Below are positions 55,723 to 64,000 of a stretch of DNA of 64,000 nucleotides, in pieces. The notes beneath the pieces were generated by a model. The model was not told where the DNA came from and searched no databases. It saw only the letters and a list, made by a program, of their open reading frames with translations. This DNA is from Roseivirga sp. (lineage in GTDB: Bacteria > Bacteroidota > Bacteroidia > Cytophagales > Cyclobacteriaceae). Where the stretch lies: positions 3,749-67,748 of the forward strand of contig JBLIES010000001.1 in the NCBI GenBank assembly GCA_047633135.1, written 5' to 3'. Numbering within the stretch: position 1 is the stretch's first letter; each line of letters begins with the position of its first letter. The position numbers and the translations under genes are program-made.

Positions 55723-58119
55723 ATGCTTAAAAATTACATTAAGGTTGCCTTGCGTAGCCTAAAACGACAACCCAGTTACACATCTCTCAACATAATTGGT
55801 CTTACTGTTGGAATTGCCTCTAGTCTAATAATTCTACTGTACATTTTTCACGAAACAAGTTTCGATAAACAGCACACTAAGGGTGATCGAGTCTATCGTC
55901 TTTCTACAGAAATTACGGAGCCAGACAATTCATTTAGGTGGGCAAGTATGACAAGAGCCGCTGCATTTACGATTAAAAATGAAAACCCTGAGATAGAACA
56001 AGCCGCAAGAATGCAGCCTTGGGGTGGTCAAGGTGGAAGACGCTTTGATTTCAACCAAGTTGACTATTATCAAGAAAACGTCTATGCGGCAGACTCTACA
56101 ATTTTCGAATTATTTGATTACGAATTTATAGCCGGCAACCCTAAAACCGCATTAGCGGCTCCAAACTCGATTGTCATCAATCAGTCCATGGCTACAAAAA
56201 TATTCAAAAATGAAGACCCAATGGGTCAAACCATAAAAACAGGTGGGGATAGAGAAATCTCTTTACAGGTCACTGGGGTATATAAAGACATGTCTCAAGC
56301 TTCTCACCTTGTCGCTGAAGCATTGGTGTCTTGGAAAACTGTCTTCACAGGCGGAGATGGAAGCTGGGGTGGCTGGGGTGTTTTTTCCTATGTTTTGGTG
56401 AATGAAGGTGTGACACAAGAAGCCTTACAAGTGAAGCTTGATTCAACTGTAGCTCAATACATCGCTCCGATTTTTGACCCCCTCAATATCAAGGTTAAAA
56501 TGATTCCAGTAGCGTTAACAAGTATCCATTTGACATCAGATTTTGAAGGAGAACCTGTGGCAGCAGGCAACATTGAATATGTTCAAATCTTCACTGCAAT
56601 TGCCATTTTCCTTATCATTATTGCCAGTATCAACTATATGAACTTGGCCACAGCCCGATCTGCCAAGCGGTCTATGGAGGTTGGTTTAAGAAAAGTAATG
56701 GGTGCTCAAAGAAGTGGTTTAATAGGTCAATTTTTAACAGAATCAATTCTAATTACGCTGATCTCTTTAGTCTTAAGTATTCTTGTGATGATGGCTGTTG
56801 TTCCAGCAATAAACAGCGTTTTGGGTACTACTTTAGCCATCGAGGCATTGCTCAACACCAATGTGATATTGGCAGTGATCGGTATCGTATTTGTCACGGG
56901 ATTTCTAGGCGGTTGTTACCCTGCATTCTTTTTATCTTCTTTTCAGCCAGCGGCTGTGCTTAAAGGAGGTGGCGGAAAATCTGGCAACAAACTATTAAGG
57001 AAGTCTTTGGTAACACTACAGTTTGCCATTTCCATCTTTATGTTAATTGGCACTTTGGTTATTAATAATCAAATGCAATTTCTCAGGAGTAAAGATTTAG
57101 GTTTTGACAAAGAGCAAATGATGCAAATCGACTTTAGAAGTAGAGCAGATGTGGAGCAATGGGGGGTCCTTAAAAATGAATTGGTTCAAAATGCCAATAT
57201 CGGTGGAATCGCATCTTCAAGCACGACTCCCGGCAATGATGCTTATAGTAAAAACGTAATGCCAATTGAGACTGAAGAAGGGCCGATGGATAACCGTGGG
57301 TTAGACCACTATCAGGTTGATTATGATTTCTTTTCCACCTTGGGTATTGAGGTGATTGAAGGCAGAAACTTTTCGTTGGACTATCCTTCCGATTCTTCTC
57401 AAGCTGTAATGGTGAATGAGGCCATGGTGCGCAGAATGAACTGGACCAGTCCAATTGGTAAAAAGATAGATCTTCAAGGAAATGAGTCCATGCCTTCTGC
57501 TGTTGTGGTTGGTGTGGTCAAAGATTTTCATCAACAATCGCTTTACGCTCCAATTTCTGCCCTAATGTTCACTCCAAGCCGTATCAATGCTTCTGCAATA
57601 GTTAAAATCACGGGAGATATCGCTTCTACAATTGCTTTTATCGAGAAGGCATGGGAAAAAACATATCCTACCACGGCATTCGAGTATACGTTTATTGAGG
57701 AGAAATTCATGGAGAATTACGAGGCTGATCAAATCCGTGGTCAATTGTTCTTGGGCTTTTCTGTTATGACCATCTTGATTGCTTGTTTAGGATTATTGGG
57801 CCTAGCTTCATACACTGCTGAGCAACGCGCTAAGGAAATTAGCATCAGAAAAGTGCTTGGTGCTAATACACAAGGGCTAATCAACCTTCTTATTAAAGAC
57901 TTTGTGCTCCTCATCGTAATTGCCGCCATACCAGCCTCGGCATTTGGTTATTATAAAATGAATCAGTGGCTAGAAAACTTCCAATTTCATACGACCATTG
58001 GACTTCCCATTTTCGCAACTGTATTGGCGGGCACCATCGCTGTAACAGTAATTACCACTGGTTATCATGCACGCAAAGCAGCCACCGCTAATCCTGCAGA
58101 GAAACTTAGAAGTGAATAA
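55723..58119 (+). CDS. ABC transporter permease, MacB/FtsX family
   Basis: MLKNYIKVALR, INYMNLATARSAKRSMEVGLRKVMGA and RAKEISIRKVLGA. Confidence 0.93.
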   Translation: MLKNYIKVALRSLKRQPSYTSLNIIGLTVGIASSLIILLYIFHETSFDKQHTKGDRVYRLSTEITEPDNSFRWASMTRAAAFTIKNENPEIEQAARMQPWGGQGGRRFDFNQVDYYQENVYAADSTIFELFDYEFIAGNPKTALAAPNSIVINQSMATKIFKNEDPMGQTIKTGGDREISLQVTGVYKDMSQASHLVAEALVSWKTVFTGGDGSWGGWGVFSYVLVNEGVTQEALQVKLDSTVAQYIAPIFDPLNIKVKMIPVALTSIHLTSDFEGEPVAAGNIEYVQIFTAIAIFLIIIASINYMNLATARSAKRSMEVGLRKVMGAQRSGLIGQFLTESILITLISLVLSILVMMAVVPAINSVLGTTLAIEALLNTNVILAVIGIVFVTGFLGGCYPAFFLSSFQPAAVLKGGGGKSGNKLLRKSLVTLQFAISIFMLIGTLVINNQMQFLRSKDLGFDKEQMMQIDFRSRADVEQWGVLKNELVQNANIGGIASSSTTPGNDAYSKNVMPIETEEGPMDNRGLDHYQVDYDFFSTLGIEVIEGRNFSLDYPSDSSQAVMVNEAMVRRMNWTSPIGKKIDLQGNESMPSAVVVGVVKDFHQQSLYAPISALMFTPSRINASAIVKITGDIASTIAFIEKAWEKTYPTTAFEYTFIEEKFMENYEADQIRGQLFLGFSVMTILIACLGLLGLASYTAEQRAKEISIRKVLGANTQGLINLLIKDFVLLIVIAAIPASAFGYYKMNQWLENFQFHTTIGLPIFATVLAGTIAVTVITTGYHARKAATANPAEKLRSE

Positions 58120-58140
58120 GAGATAGAATTATGAAAAGCT

Positions 58141-58176
58141 AAAAGGCTCATTCCAATAATGGAATGAGCCTTTTTT
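58141..58176. terminator. Bidirectional intrinsic terminator
   Basis: Perfect 15-bp inverted repeat AAAAGGCTCATTCCA-ataa-TGGAATGAGCCTTTT, with U tracts on both strands. Confidence 0.9.
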
Positions 58177-58180
58177 ATAA

Positions 58181-58330
58181 TAGCCCACACAAGGTTCATC
58201 GCCTCCCTCTGCTCTAGCTTTGAGCCGTTCTCAGTGTACATGGGCAAGCTCAAACTAATTTGAGCGCCTTTTTGCTCTTGAAGTGTCCGCTTTCTGTAAC
58301 CTTCGGGAAGAAAATCAGGCGTTTGGGCTA
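58181..58330 (-). ncRNA. Candidate 150-nt rod-shaped ncRNA
   Basis: Ends pair (UAGCCCA/UGGGCUA); apical hairpin GCUCAAA-UUAG-UUUGAGC at the midpoint; -7-like TACCTTTT 6 nt upstream; terminator immediately downstream. Confidence 0.5.
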
Positions 58331-58426
58331 GGATTGAAAAGGTAATAAAAACGAATAAAAAAATCAGACTAATTCGTGTCGCAGCGCATTCAAGTTTACC
58401 TTCAATTTATAATTATCAGGAAGGAA

Positions 58427-61400
58427 TTAAAAGCCATCGCCTTCCACCACTTCTTTCTTTTTAAGTTTTTGGTTACCCTCTCCCGCCATGGCAAGAACAA
58501 AAGGCTCATCTATACCATAAAACAGTTTTTTATAATTCTGAGCCCATGCGATCACCTCCTCTAGCGAATAGAGGCCTATTTTAGAGTTACCGATTTTATT
58601 CTTTTTTCCATCGCCACCAAGTAAAGAGGCATTAAACACTTCGTTTGAAGAAAAAGCGCCTAGGCGAAACCCATCATATGTAAAGTAATACCAAGTGCCT
58701 TCTGTCATTTGAATCAACACGTTAACGATATCACCCTCTGGGGTTTTCTTAATCTCGACAAAGCCGTCAAGTTCCATATTGATATCGAGGTTATTGATAT
58801 TGCTGACACTAATTTTCCCTTCGCTGTAAAAAGACCTTAACTGCTTAGACCATTTAAGGTCCACGTTAGAGATGACTAAATTCTTCATGAGCTCACCTGC
58901 GCTTGAAGCATTTACAAGCGGGATTGGTACTGTTTGATATGAAGCATCCCATTTTTTGGTGGCTTCGTCTCCAATGAATTCGGCTACTTTATAAATCAAG
59001 TCTGAACGATCATCATGCGCTCTTCTCACGCCTAACTTATCCCCCATTTGTCTTAAGTTTTCCGCCATCAATGGAGCACTAGTAATTGGTAGCCCAAAAT
59101 CCATCGCCATCATTGCATTCACCTTAAAATCTGCAGAGTCTAAATTTCCAGTGCCTTTTCCCGAGGCCTCAATCGCAAACCCCTTGCTCAAAGGACTCAC
59201 AAAGTTCAGTTTTCCCTCAAATGTCACCTCTTCTGTGTCTTCGTTATAAGAAAACATACTGCCCTTATAAAAATTTGAGGGCTCAGCTGATTTTTTTGGA
59301 TTAGCAATATTATAAGTGCCTAAGCCTTGATCATAGAAAAGGTCTCCACCAGTTGGAATAAAAAAGTCATCATCGTCAAAGCCTCGTTTTTCGGTAATGA
59401 AAGAAAGGTAAATATCTCCGCTATTAAAGTGAAGCCCTGCATTTAGAGGCTCTCCAAACTCTGTCCTCGCATTGTCAAAACTAAATACAACTTCAGAAAT
59501 GTCATCATTTGATTCGTATTCGATCCACACGTTTTTCTCTTTCAGCTTTTGAAGGTTGAGCTTTACAGCTCCTTTTATTTCCAACGCTTTTCTAAAAGCA
59601 TACATAAAAACCTTCCCCTTAAAGGTAAAGCCAGGGGAAATGATGACGCCATCCTCTGCTTTAACGTCTCCACTGGATTTCGTGAAGAGCCCATGTTCCT
59701 TATCTTCTACAAACTTAAACTCATCAAACTTTATGGCAAAAGTATCTTGAACCGTCACTAGCTCATAGGTGCCTACTCCACGGAACCTAGTGCGCGACAG
59801 AATTTCAATTTCAGCATCGAATAATTTGTGATTCGTATTGGCAGTATCAAAAACAACGACTGCGTTTTTTAATATCCCCAGTTCAGCGTTTTCGAGAATC
59901 AACACCTCATCGTTTTCTGGTGAAATAAGCGCATCTGCAACAATTATATAGGGAATTCCTTCCACCTTTAATTCCTGTTTTTCGATGTCGTACTTGGCGT
60001 TTGTTCCAGAAAAAGCTAACGAATCCATACTTTTTCGAGTAGAATAAAAGAATGATTTTTCAATTGGAACGGTATCTGGCTTTACCATGGTAATCATCTT
60101 ATTCTCTATATCCCATTCCGCATTGGGTATGGAGGTTTTGTATTGCGCAAAGGGAAAAGAAAGTGCTGCATTACCTTGCACCTCAGGTTGTATATTGGCC
60201 TTATTTCTAAACAAATCATAGTCTACCCTAACGTCCTCCGAACTCAAGATTGGTTTTCTTGGATTAGCCGAACTTAGCTCAAAGCTTGAGTTTCTTGCTT
60301 CATAAAGCGTCTCAGCCATGGTAAAATTATTGGATTTGGTTGTGGAACCTTGCATTTTCATTTCCCCATTACCGTATAAAGCCTTTGTTGAAAGAGCAAT
60401 AGTTCCATCGAAGACGCCTAGGCTGTCATATACTTTAAAAGGCTTTTCTAAATTCCTAAGCAGCATACTGTCCTTTTTAGCTAACCAGTTGATTTCGTAG
60501 CGTGCTAGCTTAACAGATGGATAAGAAGTTCCATTGAGTGTTCCCGCCACAATACTTCCATCAATTCCTTTATTAGAATACATAGAATCAAGATAGAAAG
60601 TGACTCTTTCGGCATTGAAAGTACCTGTCAAAAACTCGATTATTCCAGGCGATGAAAGACCTGATTGGTCCATATTGATTTCGCCATAAAGCCTACCTGT
60701 AGTATTGTATAAATTATAACCTGAATCGGGGAGAGCATGAACAAAACCAAAGGATTTATCTGGCATTGCCCTAAGGCTCTCTTTAAAGTCTGGAAAAATT
60801 CCATTCGAATAGAATGTTCCCTCAAACTGATATGCAGAAGGGTCTGCCTTCGATGCACTATCCAATACAAAAGGAGGAACATCAAAATAGATAGTACTAT
60901 CATAAGCACCACCAAGCACTCGGCTTTTGTCAAAGAAAACATTAGCGCTTTGGTCTGTTGAGAATATCGGATACTCCGGTTTAGAAATTCTTGCAGATTT
61001 ATTGTTTGGATTGTTGATTAGTAACCTTCCAGAAGTATTTACCAGTTGGTTGTTCAGTGCTTCTCTTCTGCCTTTAGATACTTCTACCTCTAGCTTGATA
61101 GAGTCTATCTGTGTGAGTTGAATCAGAAAAGTGTCATATCTGAATTTAAATTTTTTTCCGTTGAACTGAAAGTTTCCTGCTTCTAAGGCGCCATCAAATT
61201 CAATATTTCTGTTTTCAAGAATTTTGATTATGCCATCCTTAGGGGTTATCAGTACATCTAACGAATCGCTAAGATAGAACTGCTCAACGCCACGAACAGT
61301 AAGTGTATCATTCGCCAAGTCAATGGTGGCATTAGGCAAAGTACTGGTGATAGACGGAATTACCAAATCATCAAAATCGGATTCATCTCGGGCTGAATCA

Positions 61401-63109
61401 TAATAATGCAATCCCTTTTCGGTAATAATCACCTGATCGGTGTAACTATTGTAAAGCACCATGCCTTTAGACATCAAGTCGATCATGGTACGCTTTAAAA
61501 TTCCAATATTCAGCTTTCGTTCATCTGCCAATTCGGTGAGATAGAACTCATTTTTAGGCTCATATTTCTGAGCTTGCCTCACTGCTATAATCAGTGGATG
61601 AAAATTGTAAAGCTGAGAAAGGCCGTTGAATCGTGAAGCACTATAAAAATTCTTAGATTCCACCACTAAAGGTACTTCTGTCCTCGCTGATAATATGGAT
61701 ATATTCAGACTATCCGATTTAACATTCCATATCAGTAAATCACCCGTTAAGTCAACATTGTAATAAGACGAATTAAAAGGAGTGGTTCTAAAGTCCTTCT
61801 TTTGAGGCTCTAAGTTGAGTTGGTATATACCATATTGATAAGAAAATTCAACTGCGGGGTGATGGATTGAGTCCGCACCATGATAAATTGTGACTTGAGC
61901 CTGAGGAGAAGTTACCACGGAGTCCTTATTGTTAAAAAAGAAGGTAGAACTCTGCGCTTTAAATTTTCTTTCTCCTTCTAAGAAAGCCTCAATTGTTGAA
62001 AGTTCATTGAAAGCTGACCGACTAAAGAATTGTCGCCCCTCATAACTTACGCCCCCTTTATAGCGGAGGCCTGCAGTGCCTAAGTCGTTGATGGGTGCAT
62101 CGGCATAGTCAGAAACAAACTTTGGATAATTATCAACCGTAGTACGCTGAGGAGTTAGAGTGATTTCAACAGTTCCCGATACTGGATCGTTAAGCTTTCC
62201 TGTATAATGAAAAAAAGTCTCTTCGAACTTGATATCTGTTTGGGTAACATTAAATACATAGTTCCTAAGCTTAGCATAAGCACTTTCTGCAGGTAACCCA
62301 ACATTGGTCCAATCAATTGCTCCACCCTGTCCTTTGAATTCTAAGGTCTCAAAAGAAAATGTCCCAGAGGTTCCTCGGAGATAAATGGTATCTAACCTAT
62401 TTAGAAATACCAAATCGATGTTCTGGAGTTCAATCACTGGCCCCATCACCAAGGGTAATGAGGACAGAGGTTCATCAGCAGGGTTTATCTTAGGTTCAGT
62501 TTCTTCAGGCACAATCCCTTGCTGTTTCATTATTAGCAATTCAATTGCATCTGGGCCTTGTTTTTCTTGAACAATAGGAGCTTCATCCTCGAAGTCATCA
62601 TATCCATTGAACTTAAGTGCTGAAGTACCATTTTTTACATAAATTCCATAACTACGGTCTTTATAAAGCGCCTTGTCATTGATAAAAAAAGCGGAGTATT
62701 GATAAAACTGATCTATAAGTTTCTTATCGTAACCTTCGGAAACCCTTAAGCAAGCCTTGATCAATGCATTCAACTGATCTTGGTTAAATCCTGACTTGTC
62801 TTCAACAGAACTCAAAATGTTAAAAATACCCTTAAAATCGAATCGCGGACGGAATCCCTTCTTTTCCATGTTGAGAAGGCTTTGTCCGATCTGGTTTTTT
62901 TGGTCTGTTGTAAAACCGCTTGATTGCCATTTTTCAATAAAGGGTTGGTAATCTGTTCCAAAACTGGCAGGATTGGGCGTAGAAAAGATTCTTTGAATAT
63001 CGGCCGTATAAACAATAGAGTCGTTTGCCAATTCATCTTGTGCAAAAGCGCAGCATGAAAAGGCAATCACAAAGAGTACCGTAAACAAAACCTTCTTTAA
63101 TCCGACCAT
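58427..63109 (-). CDS. Large exported beta-rich hypothetical protein (1560 aa)
   Basis: Uninterrupted ORF with signal peptide and long runs of amphipathic beta-strands; no family recognised with certainty. Confidence 0.85.
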   Translation of the reverse strand: MVGLKKVLFTVLFVIAFSCCAFAQDELANDSIVYTADIQRIFSTPNPASFGTDYQPFIEKWQSSGFTTDQKNQIGQSLLNMEKKGFRPRFDFKGIFNILSSVEDKSGFNQDQLNALIKACLRVSEGYDKKLIDQFYQYSAFFINDKALYKDRSYGIYVKNGTSALKFNGYDDFEDEAPIVQEKQGPDAIELLIMKQQGIVPEETEPKINPADEPLSSLPLVMGPVIELQNIDLVFLNRLDTIYLRGTSGTFSFETLEFKGQGGAIDWTNVGLPAESAYAKLRNYVFNVTQTDIKFEETFFHYTGKLNDPVSGTVEITLTPQRTTVDNYPKFVSDYADAPINDLGTAGLRYKGGVSYEGRQFFSRSAFNELSTIEAFLEGERKFKAQSSTFFFNNKDSVVTSPQAQVTIYHGADSIHHPAVEFSYQYGIYQLNLEPQKKDFRTTPFNSSYYNVDLTGDLLIWNVKSDSLNISILSARTEVPLVVESKNFYSASRFNGLSQLYNFHPLIIAVRQAQKYEPKNEFYLTELADERKLNIGILKRTMIDLMSKGMVLYNSYTDQVIITEKGLHYYDSARDESDFDDLVIPSITSTLPNATIDLANDTLTVRGVEQFYLSDSLDVLITPKDGIIKILENRNIEFDGALEAGNFQFNGKKFKFRYDTFLIQLTQIDSIKLEVEVSKGRREALNNQLVNTSGRLLINNPNNKSARISKPEYPIFSTDQSANVFFDKSRVLGGAYDSTIYFDVPPFVLDSASKADPSAYQFEGTFYSNGIFPDFKESLRAMPDKSFGFVHALPDSGYNLYNTTGRLYGEINMDQSGLSSPGIIEFLTGTFNAERVTFYLDSMYSNKGIDGSIVAGTLNGTSYPSVKLARYEINWLAKKDSMLLRNLEKPFKVYDSLGVFDGTIALSTKALYGNGEMKMQGSTTKSNNFTMAETLYEARNSSFELSSANPRKPILSSEDVRVDYDLFRNKANIQPEVQGNAALSFPFAQYKTSIPNAEWDIENKMITMVKPDTVPIEKSFFYSTRKSMDSLAFSGTNAKYDIEKQELKVEGIPYIIVADALISPENDEVLILENAELGILKNAVVVFDTANTNHKLFDAEIEILSRTRFRGVGTYELVTVQDTFAIKFDEFKFVEDKEHGLFTKSSGDVKAEDGVIISPGFTFKGKVFMYAFRKALEIKGAVKLNLQKLKEKNVWIEYESNDDISEVVFSFDNARTEFGEPLNAGLHFNSGDIYLSFITEKRGFDDDDFFIPTGGDLFYDQGLGTYNIANPKKSAEPSNFYKGSMFSYNEDTEEVTFEGKLNFVSPLSKGFAIEASGKGTGNLDSADFKVNAMMAMDFGLPITSAPLMAENLRQMGDKLGVRRAHDDRSDLIYKVAEFIGDEATKKWDASYQTVPIPLVNASSAGELMKNLVISNVDLKWSKQLRSFYSEGKISVSNINNLDINMELDGFVEIKKTPEGDIVNVLIQMTEGTWYYFTYDGFRLGAFSSNEVFNASLLGGDGKKNKIGNSKIGLYSLEEVIAWAQNYKKLFYGIDEPFVLAMAGEGNQKLKKKEVVEGDGF

Positions 63110-63167
63110 TCTTTGACCATTGACTGACTTCTAATAACGCACAAACCATCAAAATTATGATGGAGAA

Positions 63168-63998
63168 TCAGACTTTCTTTAGGAGAATCGCAGCCCAATT
63201 TTTTCTTTCTGTAGATTTTATCTTTTCAAAACCATTAGTTGCCGTACATTCTAAAATATCAGCTTCGTCTTCAGTGTAAAATCCACTTAAAAACAAATGC
63301 CCTCCAGACTTGGTCAGTTTTGAATAATATTCCATTTCAGCCAATAACACATTCTTATTAATGTTGGCATAAAGAATATCAAAAGTATCTTCAAAAGTAA
63401 ATTCATCGATAGTGCCTAAAAGCACTTGCTTAGGCTCAATGCTATTGAGGGCAAAATTTTCCCTAGCATTGTCGATACACCAATCATCAATGTCGGTTGC
63501 TGAAACCTCTGCAGCCCCAAGCTTAGACGCCATTACTGCCAAAATTCCTGTGCCAGAACCGACATCTAAAACCTTAGCCCCCTTATGGTCAAGCTCAAGT
63601 TGTAGCGCCAGCATTTGGTGGGTAGTTTCATGATGCCCCGTCCCAAATGACATTTGTGGGTGGATAATAATTTCATGTTTGAATCCTGGCTTCGACTCAT
63701 GAAAAGTAGCCCTTACGAATATATCATCTCCTATTTCAATAGGGTCGTAGTTCTTTTCCCACTCCTCATTCCAATTCTTTTTAGGAATTTTATTCAACTC
63801 ATACCAAATGCGCGTTTGCTCTCGGTATTTATTAAAAAGGGTTTGTAATGCCGGGTGGCTAAAAATATCTTCGGCTATGTAGCCATCAAAACCAACCTCG
63901 CTTTCTACGAAAGTATCAAAGTCCAATTCGCCCATTTCGGCAATGAGAATATCGGCAAAGGGAGCGTCACAGTGAACTTTGATTTCGATATAATTCAT
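63168..63998 (-). CDS. prmA: Ribosomal protein L11 methyltransferase
   Basis: NWNEEWEK, PQMSFGTGHHETT, VLDVGSGTGIL, ANINKN and LSGFY. Confidence 0.96.
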   Translation of the reverse strand: MNYIEIKVHCDAPFADILIAEMGELDFDTFVESEVGFDGYIAEDIFSHPALQTLFNKYREQTRIWYELNKIPKKNWNEEWEKNYDPIEIGDDIFVRATFHESKPGFKHEIIIHPQMSFGTGHHETTHQMLALQLELDHKGAKVLDVGSGTGILAVMASKLGAAEVSATDIDDWCIDNARENFALNSIEPKQVLLGTIDEFTFEDTFDILYANINKNVLLAEMEYYSKLTKSGGHLFLSGFYTEDEADILECTATNGFEKIKSTERKNWAAILLKKV

Positions 63999-64000
63999 AA

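Noticed and set aside
58065-58564. ORFs 58065-58253 (-) and 58376-58564 (+)
   Set aside because: They run through a strong terminator or overlap real genes antisense; the region is better explained by the terminator and the RNA candidate.
239-63848. Dozens of 60-130 aa ORFs in the track that lie antisense or out of frame inside long genes
   Set aside because: They are shadow ORFs fully overlapping well-supported CDSs and have no recognisable motifs.
1-64000. CRISPR arrays, tRNA/rRNA genes, IS elements, prophage
   Set aside because: No repeat-spacer periodicity, cloverleaf, transposase, integrase or phage structural gene was recognised; intergenic gaps are short and mostly explained.

Overview
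A 64-kb AT-rich chromosomal window from a Bacteroidota bacterium. Gene content and TAnnTTTG-type promoters suggest Cytophagales; the taxon is inferred. It has about 44 CDSs and I recognised no tRNA, rRNA, CRISPR array, integrase or transposase. Most genes are housekeeping or envelope genes: methylmalonyl-CoA mutase, lysA, purKE, murF-alr, feoAB, copA, dsbD, prmA, an RprXY-like two-component system, MacB-type ABC permeases, AsmA, OmpA and a patatin. The best candidate for an undescribed system is the divergent locus at 6.9-12.8 kb. It pairs a membrane HD-phosphohydrolase/PycTM(DUF5706) fusion that has no neighbouring cyclase with a secreted beta-propeller and a 1229-aa outer-membrane protein. 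That protein joins a purple-acid-phosphatase-like domain, a CotH/HipA-like atypical kinase domain and an Omp85-type barrel. Other notable items: two candidate structured ncRNAs (55.36-55.45 kb and 58.18-58.33 kb); a HisA paralogue lacking its catalytic Asp; an ECF/FecR cassette whose STN partner has no TonB barrel; a 59-aa ORF ending GCGG that the ORF track missed; a decayed T9SS C-terminal-domain relic; helically phased TGTTA arrays; and candidate sigma54, iron and zinc regulatory sites. All family assignments come from motif recognition by eye; no searches were run.
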